Positions 1-10,792 of a stretch of 64,000 nucleotides of DNA are shown piece by piece (within the stretch, counting starts at the first letter, position 1; every line of letters starts with the position of its first letter). Source of the DNA: an uncultured virus (IMG/VR IMGVR_UViG_3300024272_002111) (Duplodnaviria; Heunggongvirae; Uroviricota; Caudoviricetes); the IMG/VR virus record IMGVR_UViG_3300024272_002111. One strand, 5' to 3'. The notes under the pieces are model-generated. The model did not search any database, was not told where the DNA came from, and saw nothing but the letters and a program-made list of their open reading frames with translations. Position numbers and translations under genes: made by a program.

Positions 1-1688
1 TCTTTAATTTCTTTAACAAGGTTCAATGTAGCAACACCAAGTAAGTCAAACTTTACAATACCAATATCTTCAATGTAATGCTTATCTACTTGAATAACAT
101 GTTCACCTTTGGTTCCAATCTTCATTGGCATATAATCATTAATGTTTGTATCAACGATTCCAATACCACCGGCATGAATAGATACAGTCTTTACACGACC
201 ACTTAAATGCTTGGCTATATCAAACAATTCTGCGTACTGAGGATTATCCATAATCAACTTAGGATTTGCTTTCATGCAGTCATCCCACTTGTCAAATGTA
301 AACTTCTGAGACAACTTCTGCATCTGATTATATTGGAACCCAAGAATTTTACCTACATCAGTAATTGCCACACATGGTGTTATATATGAATAGTTGATAA
401 TCTGACAAACTCTATCTTCTCCATACTTATCAACCAAGTAATCAATAATAACATCTCTGTCACCTACGTCAGTATCAATATCCGGAAGACCAACTCGTTC
501 TGGATTTAAGAATCTTTCAAAAATCAGTCTATACTTAATTGGGTCGATATCTGTGATATGACAACAATAACAAACCAATGAACCTGCGGCAGATCCTCGT
601 CCCTTACCAACCTCAATACCAAATCGTTCGGCTGCTTTAATGAAGTCCCATACGAATAAGAAGTATCCATCAAATCCCATGGAATGAATAACACCCATTT
701 CATATTCAAGACGGTCTCTTCTTTCTTTTTGTTCTTCCTTGCTTAACTTATCATAGCCTCTATCAACCCAGCCTTGTTCTACTAAATGCCAAAGAAATTC
801 ATTATTGTCTTTAAATCCTTCTGGTAATGGGAAAGTAGGTAACTGAGGTTTCTGAAATGGCATATCAACATCTTCGATTAAATCTGCAACCTTGTTTGTA
901 TTCTCCAACCCAAGACAAACATTGTCATACCCGATTTGTTCATCCATACATTCATGAATTTCTTCTTCTGATTGCATATAACAACCTTCGTAAACTTCAC
1001 TGTTTTCAATTGCAGTTTTATCATTGTTTGCGCTGTTTCTACCAATCTTAATTAATTTATCCTGATAGTATAAATCTTCTTTTGTCGGTGCATGACTATC
1101 TGTTGTAATAACGAATGGTACACCAGTGGTCTCTGATAATTTTAAAATCTTTCTATTGTATTCACATTGGTCTTGATGCTTATGTGACTGCATTTCAAGA
1201 AAGAAATACGGGAACACTTCTTTGTACTCATTTACATAATCAACACACTTTTGAAAATCTTCTTCTCGTGCAATCTTACTTGCCAAACAAGCAGATGAGA
1301 TAACAAAGTTTTCTGCATATGGTTTTAAATCATGAATGGTACATCTTGGCTTAGAATAGAATCCTTCAAAATTGCTCTTTGTAATAACCTTATTTAAATC
1401 TTTTCTCCCCTGTTCATTTCTAATAAGACAGATTAAATGGGAGTACTTATTATCTTTATCCTTAATTTCGATATCATCACATTCATATAATTCGCAGCCA
1501 TAAATCATTTTTACATCCGGATAATCCTTTTTGATCAAATCGAAGTAAATATGTGAATAAACATTTCCATGCTCTGTGACTGCGAATGCTTTTAATCCAA
1601 GTTTTTGTGCCTGTTCCATCATTTCTTTAGGACTTCCATATCCATCAAGTAATGAGTAATATGTATGATTATGTAATGAACTGTACAT
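1..1688 (-). CDS. dnaE: DNA polymerase III alpha subunit (DnaE-type), runs off window start
   Basis: Hand translation from ATG at 1688: MYSSLHNHTYYSLLDG (PHP domain), GRGSAAGSLVCY, FERFLNPER..PDIDTD catalytic motif; absent from ORF track, consistent with no stop in window. Confidence 0.95.
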   Translation of the reverse strand, partial: MYSSLHNHTYYSLLDGYGSPKEMMEQAQKLGLKAFAVTEHGNVYSHIYFDLIKKDYPDVKMIYGCELYECDDIEIKDKDNKYSHLICLIRNEQGRKDLNKVITKSNFEGFYSKPRCTIHDLKPYAENFVISSACLASKIAREEDFQKCVDYVNEYKEVFPYFFLEMQSHKHQDQCEYNRKILKLSETTGVPFVITTDSHAPTKEDLYYQDKLIKIGRNSANNDKTAIENSEVYEGCYMQSEEEIHECMDEQIGYDNVCLGLENTNKVADLIEDVDMPFQKPQLPTFPLPEGFKDNNEFLWHLVEQGWVDRGYDKLSKEEQKERRDRLEYEMGVIHSMGFDGYFLFVWDFIKAAERFGIEVGKGRGSAAGSLVCYCCHITDIDPIKYRLIFERFLNPERVGLPDIDTDVGDRDVIIDYLVDKYGEDRVCQIINYSYITPCVAITDVGKILGFQYNQMQKLSQKFTFDKWDDCMKANPKLIMDNPQYAELFDIAKHLSGRVKTVSIHAGGIGIVDTNINDYMPMKIGTKGEHVIQVDKHYIEDIGIVKFDLLGVATLNLVKEIK

Positions 1689-1703
1689 TGTTACCTCCTA
1701 AAA

Positions 1704-3503
1704 CTACCAAGCTTCATCTTCATCTGTAATTTCCTCATCCCATTCAGAGGAACTTGTATTTGTTGTAGAAATAACATTGATATCTTCAATGGTAATCTGA
1801 GGAGTTCTGATACCGTTATATTCATTAATTGATGGTTTACCAACAATAGTGAATGTAATACTATCATTCTCATCCCATGCGTCTTGAAGAAAATCATATA
1901 GTTTATTTCCTTCTTTACACTTGAACTGTATATATTTTATTTCGTTAAGTGTAAAACTAATTGTATCGGCATTACTGCCAAATATCTCAAAACAATCCTT
2001 TGTTAATGTAATATTTTCAACTGCAATCATCGGCTCATCAAGACCTTGCCCAATAACATCTTCAAGTCCACCCAATTCCATAATTAAGCCAACAGTTACG
2101 TCTTCTGGATATAGAATAAAATCCACTGTATATGTAGAGTCATATTCAACATCTTTTAGCATATGATTTAACTCATTAATAGCTTCGTCCTTTTTATCTA
2201 AGTCAAGATTAATGCCAAAGGCATTAGCATGACCTCTACCCCAATTGAAAGCTGTACAACTGTTAATCACATCCTTCAAACTTTCTACCGGGCTATGATC
2301 AACATTTCTTGCACTACCACCATAGGTTGTTTTTCCAGTCTTTTTATCAAAAAACTGATTGAGTAAAATACATGGTTTATTAAACATCTCTGCTACTTTA
2401 ATTGCAGTCACACCACTTAACCCGCTATCAAGTAGTTCAGTTGTATCAACAATAATAACCTTATCATCAAAAGGCATTTCATTTACAACTTCTGCAATTG
2501 CCGCTATACCTTTTTCTTTAGCTTTATCCTGTCTGCTCTTTGCATTTTTACAAAGTCTGGCAGCTCTATCATAAATGCTTTCCTGAATTACTTCCGCAGG
2601 CTTGTCTTTTGTTGCACGTTTCTTATATTCAAAAAATGCATCTTGTTCAATAAATGCTTTGAATAGCAATTCTTTTTCTTCACTAGAGCCAAAACGAATC
2701 ATACCGTTTAAGATTGTCGTAATATACCACTGTACACCATGAATGTTAACCTTGCTCTTCATACTATAATCTTGAGCTGTAACAAGTGCTTGAAAACATT
2801 TGTTCTGTACATTAGACAACCCCGTATCAACAAAATATCTTGTCTCAAAGGCTTTCATATCCATAACATCACTGATATTTGCCAAAGCACATAAATCTAA
2901 ATAATCATCTGCAAATTCGTTCCAGTTTTCTTCATCTAACGCTTGTAAGAAACGATATACAACACCGGCACCACATAAATTCTTATTAAAATAATTAGCA
3001 CTCATCTGGTTATTTACAATAAGAGCATAAGGATTATCTTCTTCTTTTTCATGATGGTCTAAAATTAAAATGTCTGTACCCTTCTCAGATAATTCTTTGC
3101 ACTGTTCTGTATCATTTGTTCCAGCATCTGGAATAATGAGTAACTTAATATCTTCTGGAATAATTACATCTTCCGAAAGACCATGCGCTTTTGCCTTACC
3201 ATGTAAAATATATTCTACCGGGTAATTCTCATCCATTCTTTTAACATACAAATACATCATCGCTGCGGAGCAAAAGCCATCAGGATCTTCGTCCACCAAG
3301 ATACCAATTTTATTTTGTTCAGTGTAATGCTTCATGAACAATTCTACTGCCTCTTTGATATTATCTAATTTCTGATATGGAATTACCACATCATCGGAGA
3401 GGTTTAAATACTGTTCGTAGTCGTCTATACCACGGCAATCAAAGAACGATTTTATTGCCTCTGTGGTATCATTTTTTGAGTTCTTATATAATCTATATTT
3501 CAT
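1704..3503 (-). CDS. RecJ-like DHH single-stranded DNA exonuclease
   Basis: DEDPDG, ILDHHE, GSAR, GHANAFG motifs; position like SPbeta yorK. Confidence 0.9.
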   Translation of the reverse strand: MKYRLYKNSKNDTTEAIKSFFDCRGIDDYEQYLNLSDDVVIPYQKLDNIKEAVELFMKHYTEQNKIGILVDEDPDGFCSAAMMYLYVKRMDENYPVEYILHGKAKAHGLSEDVIIPEDIKLLIIPDAGTNDTEQCKELSEKGTDILILDHHEKEEDNPYALIVNNQMSANYFNKNLCGAGVVYRFLQALDEENWNEFADDYLDLCALANISDVMDMKAFETRYFVDTGLSNVQNKCFQALVTAQDYSMKSKVNIHGVQWYITTILNGMIRFGSSEEKELLFKAFIEQDAFFEYKKRATKDKPAEVIQESIYDRAARLCKNAKSRQDKAKEKGIAAIAEVVNEMPFDDKVIIVDTTELLDSGLSGVTAIKVAEMFNKPCILLNQFFDKKTGKTTYGGSARNVDHSPVESLKDVINSCTAFNWGRGHANAFGINLDLDKKDEAINELNHMLKDVEYDSTYTVDFILYPEDVTVGLIMELGGLEDVIGQGLDEPMIAVENITLTKDCFEIFGSNADTISFTLNEIKYIQFKCKEGNKLYDFLQDAWDENDSITFTIVGKPSINEYNGIRTPQITIEDINVISTTNTSSSEWDEEITDEDEAW

Positions 3504-3506
3504 CTC

Positions 3507-4529
3507 TTACCTCAATTTATATATGTTATTATCAACTAATCGCTGCCATTTCATTGGATTATCAGAAGGAGATTCGTGGCCACTTAAAATATCATCTTCA
3601 TCAAACATATACAACAATGGAACTCCCTCTGGAAATTTCTCAGCAATCTCTTCAATCTCTTCTTTTGTTACATCCTTGTCAAAACACAACACAATTTCTA
3701 CTCCAAGACGAACTAACATATCAATTTGATGATGTGACAACTCCTTGCCGCCGGTACTACAACTATTCCGGTATCCATATCCCCAAAGCTGAAGTGGGAA
3801 TTTCTCAGATTCTCCAACGTAAACACGGCCAGTCGCTTTAATATAACTGATTGTTTTATATAGTCCGTATAAAATTCTTGACTTTGCACATCGTTCTAAA
3901 TAAATATATTTATTTTCTCCCTCTGGAACATCTCTGTGAAAATATCTTGCTTTGACACCAACTAAATCACCAAGTTCTGATCTAATTGGAATGGTATATC
4001 TATTTGTTTCTTCATCAAACCCTATCTCAAATTCTCTCTGTGTTGAATAGTCGATGTTATCTTCATAAAACAAATCGTTGACATATGGTTTGTAATAACT
4101 GAGAATCTGTTCACTAATTGGAATCAATGGTTTTTCTTTCTCTATATTAGAGTTACTATCCATGTCATCAAGTAGTTTCAAAATTTTAAAGCACTCAGGC
4201 ATATCTTCTTCAAAATCATGGTAATATGACAATCCGATTTCCTGGCATATATATTTCAACCCTTCCGGGAATAATAATTTCTTTGTATAACAAACTAAAT
4301 CAATTAAGTCTGTTGCTCTATTAGTTGAAACCATTTGTCTGGTATAATTTATTGCTGTAAGATATTCATTTTCATATACACAAATTGCAGTTGCATTATC
4401 TCCATCTGCATTGGCACATTGCCAAAATCCGCTTCTATGTTTTATATGATGACAACCAATACTAACTAAAATTTGTTCGATATAGTTGTTTTCATATATG
4501 TAGGTTTTAAATTCTCTAATATCAAGCAT
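3507..4529 (-). CDS. DNA primase (TOPRIM), phage type
   Basis: YTIPIR, LYGL, VYVGESEK, CFDKD TOPRIM motifs; next to helicase. Confidence 0.8.
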   Translation of the reverse strand: MLDIREFKTYIYENNYIEQILVSIGCHHIKHRSGFWQCANADGDNATAICVYENEYLTAINYTRQMVSTNRATDLIDLVCYTKKLLFPEGLKYICQEIGLSYYHDFEEDMPECFKILKLLDDMDSNSNIEKEKPLIPISEQILSYYKPYVNDLFYEDNIDYSTQREFEIGFDEETNRYTIPIRSELGDLVGVKARYFHRDVPEGENKYIYLERCAKSRILYGLYKTISYIKATGRVYVGESEKFPLQLWGYGYRNSCSTGGKELSHHQIDMLVRLGVEIVLCFDKDVTKEEIEEIAEKFPEGVPLLYMFDEDDILSGHESPSDNPMKWQRLVDNNIYKLR

Positions 4530-4557
4530 TTTCTACTACCTCTAGAGAAACAATAAA

Positions 4558-4610
4558 AGGTATGAAATTATTCACTATATAATTGTTCATAGTCATATAA
4601 CTTCATACCT
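4558..4610. repeat. Intergenic inverted repeat between helicase and primase
   Basis: AGGTATGAA...TTCATACCT arms with inner ACTAT/ATAGT pairing. Confidence 0.55.
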
Positions 4611-4617
4611 CCTCGCA

Positions 4618-6159
4618 TCAATCTTTTTCTTTCTGCTTTCGAATAATGTAACCAACATTAATCCATAAGTTGTAATTCAATTCAATTTCGAAAGCCATAA
4701 TCTTATCCTTATCGCCAGATCTATTTTTATCTGCTTTGATAGCAAAATACTGCTTATTATAATCCAAATCTTCTACAACTGGGTCTCCCCATGATTCGTT
4801 TTCAAGTACAATCTGGTATTTATGATATTCATCCTTGGATATCTTCTTACCAAGTGTAAGAGCATCTGTTACATGCTTCATACCTTTTGCACCGGCAATA
4901 TTATTACTACTTAAACTAAAAACATCTGTGAACACAGTATCATCTGTTAACTGGAATACAATAAACCCTGACATTCCAAGTTCCTTTGTCAACTCCTTTA
5001 GTCTTGTTGCAGACTGTTTAATGGTACTCCATTCTTCAGAACGATATCCTTTTAAGGTATCATATCCGTAATAGATAACATTTGATGTGGCTCTGTATTT
5101 TCGAAGTTCAAACTCCAATCTACTGTCACTATAGTCGTCACCAACATCTTTAAACAGTAACTTGCCATTATCATGTTCATCTATCCAATTACCAACTTTT
5201 ACAACATCCCAATACTCATCAGAATTATCTTGAATTCGCTGTAAGAACTGGTCTTTAGTTTCAATATAATTACCTTCTTCGTCAATCTTTCTACGAATTA
5301 ACTCTCCAGTCTTATCTCTGTATACGCCAAGAATAATTTCTTTTTCCGGTTTCATTAACGTGACACCATGTAACTCTTTGAACTCAGGATTATTTAATAC
5401 TGTCGTAATAAGACAACTCCGAAGCTTTTTCTCACTCATTTCGTTACTCATTAACAAGAAGCTCTTGTTCTGTACTAACGTTACATACGCCGCCAGCTTC
5501 ATAAGTTTACGAGTTTTACCTTCGTTACTTAAAAACCCTTCGAGAATAATATCTTCTTGAGTTAACCCTAAGAACATCTCGTTGTATAAATACCAAGGAG
5601 TTAACAATCCCATTAAAGGTACATCAATATATGAATTGATTGCATCCGAATTGTTTTTTGTAAGTTCTACCGCTTCATCACCTGCGTTAATAACAGTGTT
5701 AATCTTATCTGCTTTCACACGAATAATGCGATAAATATCATTTGCCGTTAATGAATCAAACTTCTTATGTTTCAGAATCTTGTCTACTGGGAATCCATTT
5801 CTTTCATACTCTCGTAACAAGGAATACTTTTTTATTAACTGAAAATAGTTCTCAACATCGCTTACATCTGCCAAGGAAATAAATCGCTGGATGGTCTTCC
5901 ATCCCTTATATTGCTTATATTCTTGCAAGCGTTCCTCATTCTGACTCATAAACACATTCATCTTCTTCTCATCAATTGTCTGAGAAAATGTGAGATAATA
6001 TGTTTCTAAGCTGTCATACAAAAATCTTGTAACAGGGTCTGCAAAGTCATATTTGCTTCGCATGAAATTGCCATAACTGATATACAAATCCGGTTCACTG
6101 TATAATGCACCAATAAAGCACATCTCGGCCTGTATATTATTTGTTTTAATATCTTCCAA
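4618..6159 (-). CDS. DnaB-like replicative helicase
   Basis: N-terminal AEMCFIGAL, Walker A variant GFLSNEGKT, QL and KNR motifs; position like SPbeta yorI. Confidence 0.85.
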   Translation of the reverse strand: MEDIKTNNIQAEMCFIGALYSEPDLYISYGNFMRSKYDFADPVTRFLYDSLETYYLTFSQTIDEKKMNVFMSQNEERLQEYKQYKGWKTIQRFISLADVSDVENYFQLIKKYSLLREYERNGFPVDKILKHKKFDSLTANDIYRIIRVKADKINTVINAGDEAVELTKNNSDAINSYIDVPLMGLLTPWYLYNEMFLGLTQEDIILEGFLSNEGKTRKLMKLAAYVTLVQNKSFLLMSNEMSEKKLRSCLITTVLNNPEFKELHGVTLMKPEKEIILGVYRDKTGELIRRKIDEEGNYIETKDQFLQRIQDNSDEYWDVVKVGNWIDEHDNGKLLFKDVGDDYSDSRLEFELRKYRATSNVIYYGYDTLKGYRSEEWSTIKQSATRLKELTKELGMSGFIVFQLTDDTVFTDVFSLSSNNIAGAKGMKHVTDALTLGKKISKDEYHKYQIVLENESWGDPVVEDLDYNKQYFAIKADKNRSGDKDKIMAFEIELNYNLWINVGYIIRKQKEKD

Positions 6160-6171
6160 TCTGATTCACTC

Positions 6172-6861
6172 CTAGTCTTCAAATATGTCATCAACCAAAT
6201 CAGACATATCATCATTCTTTTGTTGTAAGCTTCCCTCACTCGCTTTTACACTAATGACGCTTACGCTTATCTCGGTCTTTCTATCCTCGATGGCTTTTTT
6301 ATTTTCTGCTTCAATAATTTTCTGCTTCTCAAGCCATTTTAAATAACTGTCATATTTGTTAACCAAGATTGTTAAATCATAATTTAATCGTTGCTCTGCC
6401 GACATGGACTTTCCTCTAGTTCGATTCTTATCAGCAGTTGCATTCAACATATCAATTTTTCTTTCCCACATATCTAACAAATGATGTGGTGGAATACCCT
6501 CACTCATCCCTTTGAATGTACCGGCATAAATATTTCCTATTTTCTGCCACACTGTACTTGGAATAATTGTGATATCATATTCAACTTTAATAAATTCAAA
6601 AATCTCTTCTTTAACAATTGCTGTGTTAAAATGTTCGAAACTTTCTTGCTTAAGTGAATCTAAATTGTTTAAGATTCTAGTCCATCGTTGAGCAATATCC
6701 TTTCGATTACCATTTATTCGCTTTTCACATAAGCTGATAAAGCAACTACTATGATAGGTTTTTTTATCATAGTAGATTGCATTATCAATATTTTTTTTAC
6801 CTATGTAGAACTCATTCCCACAGCAACCACATTTTCTTTTAATCTGACTGCCATTCCTCAT
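6172..6861 (-). CDS. Hypothetical replication protein with N-terminal Cys/His zinc-binding motif
   Basis: CGCC...HSSC; between AAA ATPase and helicase. Confidence 0.6.
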   Translation of the reverse strand: MRNGSQIKRKCGCCGNEFYIGKKNIDNAIYYDKKTYHSSCFISLCEKRINGNRKDIAQRWTRILNNLDSLKQESFEHFNTAIVKEEIFEFIKVEYDITIIPSTVWQKIGNIYAGTFKGMSEGIPPHHLLDMWERKIDMLNATADKNRTRGKSMSAEQRLNYDLTILVNKYDSYLKWLEKQKIIEAENKKAIEDRKTEISVSVISVKASEGSLQQKNDDMSDLVDDIFED

Positions 6862-6876
6862 AGGTCACTCCTTATA

Positions 6877-8031
6877 TTAGGCGAACATATCTAATACTTG
6901 CTGAAGAATAGCTGCGTCAGTAACATTCTTGTAAGAGGTTGGTAAACCAGCGGATTCTAACTTTTCTTTCATATTCTTCTTATCAAGTGGAGATAAAGCG
7001 TTTCTCTTAGCTACAATTTCCTTCTTCATTTCCTCAATATCAGAAGTAGAATCAGTTGTTTCAGAAGATGTAGTAGTTGTTGTTTCAGACTTACCAAGAA
7101 TTTCCTTGCTGTAAATATCCTGTTCAATATCTACTGCCTTAGTTAAGTCGTTCTTAACTACAAACTGCTTCTTGTCAGCAGTCTTATCAATTACTGCCTG
7201 CCAATCAACCAACGTTGGATCTTCGAGAATTACATTATCCTCATGTACATGGGTTCTGTCCTTTTCAACATGGCCACATACAATACCGTCTTCATTTCTA
7301 AACATACGGATAACAGTCTTTGCATTATAAGACATACCCTTGAAACCATCCGGCTGCTTTCTACCAGTTACAACACTTGTTGTACTTCCATCGGCCTGTT
7401 TAACAGATACTTTTTCATCTGTTTCTCTTGCTGTTGCAATGTAATGAACACCAGATGCCATAAGGTCAAGAATTAAATCCTGTCCCTTAAAGTTGATTAC
7501 CTGATAGTCCTTAAGCTCTAATCCGGAGCCTTCAACCTTTACTAATCTTGCTTCACCAACAAGACCATCCTTATCTGCCTTAACCTTGTTTCTCTTCTTA
7601 GAGAACTCGATTAATCCCTGCTTAGTTGTCAGATTTAAAATACTTGTACCATCTACAACAATTGCATCTGCTCTAAATGGTTCGCCGTCTGCATCTAACA
7701 CAACATCTGTTGTTTCTTCACCATCTTCATCGAGTTCATAAAAATCTTCGTTATTCTTAACCTTTGCAATATACTGTCTTACTTCACCGAGAGACTGTGT
7801 ATAAACAATATAAATATTATTAAGATCAACTCCATTTGCTTCTAACTCTGGAAGATAATCATCAATGGAACCAGTTTCTGGGTCAATATATAATACTCTG
7901 AATGGCTTACCATCCGGTCTCTTAAAGTACGCCAACTGCATAGCCATAGTAGACTTACCAGTAAACTGTTCGCCATATAAAATCATTCCTAATTTACTCT
8001 GTGTAACTGAGGCTCTTCTTGCCTTTGCCAT
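6877..8031 (-). CDS. AAA ATPase (AAA_24/Sak4-like)
   Basis: LYGEQFTGKST Walker A, IVVDG Walker B. Confidence 0.8.
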   Translation of the reverse strand: MAKARRASVTQSKLGMILYGEQFTGKSTMAMQLAYFKRPDGKPFRVLYIDPETGSIDDYLPELEANGVDLNNIYIVYTQSLGEVRQYIAKVKNNEDFYELDEDGEETTDVVLDADGEPFRADAIVVDGTSILNLTTKQGLIEFSKKRNKVKADKDGLVGEARLVKVEGSGLELKDYQVINFKGQDLILDLMASGVHYIATARETDEKVSVKQADGSTTSVVTGRKQPDGFKGMSYNAKTVIRMFRNEDGIVCGHVEKDRTHVHEDNVILEDPTLVDWQAVIDKTADKKQFVVKNDLTKAVDIEQDIYSKEILGKSETTTTTSSETTDSTSDIEEMKKEIVAKRNALSPLDKKNMKEKLESAGLPTSYKNVTDAAILQQVLDMFA

Positions 8032-8056
8032 AATCTATTCCTCCGTCTCTATTGAA

Positions 8057-9133
8057 TTAATCCCATGCTTCATCGTCATCATCGTCGCCAGAAAGATCTG
8101 CATCGCCCCAACCACTGTCAGAGTCATTACCAAAATCATTTTCTGCCTTATTAGCCTTTGCAATCTGCATAAGAGCTGTTTCAATCTTTTCTTCTGTATA
8201 AACTTCCTTGTCAATAGAAGAACCTTTGGCTCCTGTGATGATAAACTCACGCTTTACTGGTGCAGATACTCTTTCCATAGCATCTTCTTCACCCCAGTTA
8301 TCATCATCGTCACTTGCTACAGTTTCAACCTGTGCGGAAGATACCATGTGACCATTAACCTTGATTGCATAATATGGCTTTAAGGACTTCTTAAACTTTG
8401 TTGCTAAATCCTTATTTTCAATAATGAATTCAACATCTTCAATTGTGCTATAAGTTACAATCTTTGCGGCAACAATGAATCTACCAGTTGGCTTATCATC
8501 AACCCTTTCCTGGTCAATGCCCATAAAGATGATTACCTGATTAAAATCATTCTGCTGAGTAAACTTTTCATCATCAAACTCAACGTCTGCACAAAGAGAT
8601 ACCTGATTAGGAATTAACTTTGTAGATGTTCTCTTATTACCCTTATCATCTGCAAAACTACTGTAATCAAGAGTTCCCTTGATAAATACGCTTGCTCCAT
8701 CCTTTAAGTTATCCTTAATTTCCTTACAAGCATCAAAGTCAGTTAATACCTTCTTATCGTTTACTGCCTTACCGGTTTCATCAATCTTCTTCTTAACACC
8801 GATGTTCTTACCAATAAGTCTGAAGCCTTCACGATTGTATGTGAATCTGTCAGCCCAAGGAACCTTAACTGTCTCACCCTTCTGTCCTTTTTCTTCTGCT
8901 CTCTTAGAGAAGTAAACACTTTCCTGTTCCATGCCCTGAAGATTTGCATAAAGAGTACCAGTACCATCGTAACAAACGCCAAAGTTTAAAATTCTCATGT
9001 CCTTGTTACTCTTAGTCTTAATTTCCTTAAGCGCACCTTCCTTTTCCATGCCACTTACGACACCCTTTAACTGGAAAGAACCCTTTGTTTCTGGTAAATC
9101 AAATAATCTACCCTTCTTCTTTGTTTCTGCCAT
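8057..9133 (-). CDS. Probable single-stranded DNA-binding protein
   Basis: Beta-rich sequence with a very acidic C-terminal tail ending DDDDEAWD; first gene of replication module. Confidence 0.6.
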   Translation of the reverse strand: MAETKKKGRLFDLPETKGSFQLKGVVSGMEKEGALKEIKTKSNKDMRILNFGVCYDGTGTLYANLQGMEQESVYFSKRAEEKGQKGETVKVPWADRFTYNREGFRLIGKNIGVKKKIDETGKAVNDKKVLTDFDACKEIKDNLKDGASVFIKGTLDYSSFADDKGNKRTSTKLIPNQVSLCADVEFDDEKFTQQNDFNQVIIFMGIDQERVDDKPTGRFIVAAKIVTYSTIEDVEFIIENKDLATKFKKSLKPYYAIKVNGHMVSSAQVETVASDDDDNWGEEDAMERVSAPVKREFIITGAKGSSIDKEVYTEEKIETALMQIAKANKAENDFGNDSDSGWGDADLSGDDDDDEAWD

Positions 9134-9208
9134 TTTATATATTCCTTTCTTTTAATAAAATATTGTTTTCATTTAATTATGCGTAGTTTGAATAATTAAA
9201 AAAATTAT

Positions 9209-9412
9209 TTACTCATAATATCTTGGATCAAAATTTACATTCTGTTCCGCTTCATACTTGACTGGCTGCCAACAACCACAATTTGGACACTGTGCTAACT
9301 TTGTTGGCGTGTATCCCTGATAATCCCATTTACATTCTTCGTTGAAGTATACAAAATTCACTCTGCAACGAAGACACTGACGGTTATGTTTCTTGTTCTC
9401 TTCCATCCACAC
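9209..9412 (-). CDS. Small zinc-ribbon protein
   Basis: CxxC...CPxC; AGAAAGGAG RBS. Confidence 0.6.
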   Translation of the reverse strand: MWMEENKKHNRQCLRCRVNFVYFNEECKWDYQGYTPTKLAQCPNCGCWQPVKYEAEQNVNFDPRYYE

Positions 9413-9450
9413 TTGTCACTCCTTTCTGCCACGATGCCACACTTATTAGT

Positions 9451-10656
9451 CTAGGAGTGCTTTAAAAGATACTGGCGAGAAACGTTTTTGAAACTTTGAG
9501 TTCCATCCTTGGAACGAAATACAAAACCTTCTCTTGGAACATCTGTTATAGCTGAAAGTCCGTCCGCCATCATTTTTAAAGTTTCCATGTCTTTTGGTAA
9601 ATAAAAGTTTGTATCAATAATTGCCACAAATGGGATATCATACTTAGCTAAAATAGCTCTTGCTTCCGTTGATCCTAATCTCTGACCATTGATAATTAAG
9701 TTAAATGCTGCAAAACGTCTTTCATTTAACTTATAAGGATTACCCTGTAAAGATTCGCCGTAAGTCTCGCCTTGTAATACTACTCTGTCTGCATTATGTG
9801 TCTTTGCAATATCTTGCAGAGCCGTTTCAATATTGTACTTGCCAGCCATCTCCCAGTACACATTGCCACAGGTATGATAACACTCTTGGTCTACATCCAA
9901 CTGTCTCACATTTCGTGAACAAACAATGAATTCTCCCTTTTTCGTTTTTGTAAAATCAAGAGCATATGTACTTGATGTACCATCCACCTTTTCAGTGACA
10001 ATCCATGGTTCTGTACTTTCCAGATACCAAGGAGCATTTTCAATCCGAGTTTCGTCTGTTTTGACAATCCAATCCGGAAATGCCTTTGGCTTATCTTTCT
10101 TTCTACCAAAGAAAAAGAATAATAATTTTCTTCCCCATGGTCGTTTCATTAACCATCTAAATGGTTTCTTCTTAAATAAATTCTTGTGTCTTGCTGCCAT
10201 AGAATTATACTTCGCATTAGGATCTCCGTTATTAGATTTACGGATATTATCCTCTGCCACATAGTAAGTGACACCAAGTAAATCAGTTACATCTGTGCCA
10301 ATTTCCCATTCCTTACTTTGAAGTTCCGGAATAACTGATACCGGCAATGCTAATCCCTGGCTGATGCAATTAAATTTTCCTAGCTTCATTGTTTTTACCT
10401 TGAAGCTCTTTGGTCTCATAAATTCTGACCATTCTTTTTCAGGCAGCTTTGAATCAATTTCGAAATAAACTGCGGGTTCTCCTACTTTAAACTCACCTTT
10501 CTTGGCAATACACACCCAACCAAGAACTCCTATGAGTTCAATATTATCCGCGCCTTCAATCGGCTTGATCCAAGCTATCTGTTCAATGTGAGCTAATGCT
10601 CTTTCGCTTGTCCCTCGGACGGTGTTTTGTGTAACTTTATTTTCTTTCTTCATCAT
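9451..10656 (-). CDS. ATP-dependent RNA ligase (Rnl2/DRB0094-like)
   Basis: N-terminal IEGADNIE domain, EKVDGTS, QGETYG, FAAF, REGFVF, FKNVS nucleotidyltransferase motifs. Confidence 0.85.
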   Translation of the reverse strand: MMKKENKVTQNTVRGTSERALAHIEQIAWIKPIEGADNIELIGVLGWVCIAKKGEFKVGEPAVYFEIDSKLPEKEWSEFMRPKSFKVKTMKLGKFNCISQGLALPVSVIPELQSKEWEIGTDVTDLLGVTYYVAEDNIRKSNNGDPNAKYNSMAARHKNLFKKKPFRWLMKRPWGRKLLFFFFGRKKDKPKAFPDWIVKTDETRIENAPWYLESTEPWIVTEKVDGTSSTYALDFTKTKKGEFIVCSRNVRQLDVDQECYHTCGNVYWEMAGKYNIETALQDIAKTHNADRVVLQGETYGESLQGNPYKLNERRFAAFNLIINGQRLGSTEARAILAKYDIPFVAIIDTNFYLPKDMETLKMMADGLSAITDVPREGFVFRSKDGTQSFKNVSRQYLLKHS

Positions 10657-10701
10657 AATTTTTTATAAGAAGTCATGCACTGCGCATATGCACGACTTAA
10701 T

Positions 10702-10767
10702 TGGCATGCATGAGACTCGAACTCACATTTCCGATATCATAGTTACTCCATTCACTACTACCATGCC
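10702..10767 (-). ncRNA. tRNA-like element lacking an anticodon arm
   Basis: Acceptor GGCATG/CATGCC, D-arm GTAGT/ACTAT with GG in loop, T-arm GTGAG-TTCGAGT-CTCAT, only 12 nt between D and T arms. Confidence 0.55.
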
Positions 10768-10792
10768 AAGAGAACTCAATCAAAATTCTCTT

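Noticed and set aside
4560..4578. 13-nt match to the predicted TnpB guide
   Set aside because: Three mismatches in the seed and no TGGG next to it; AT-rich chance match
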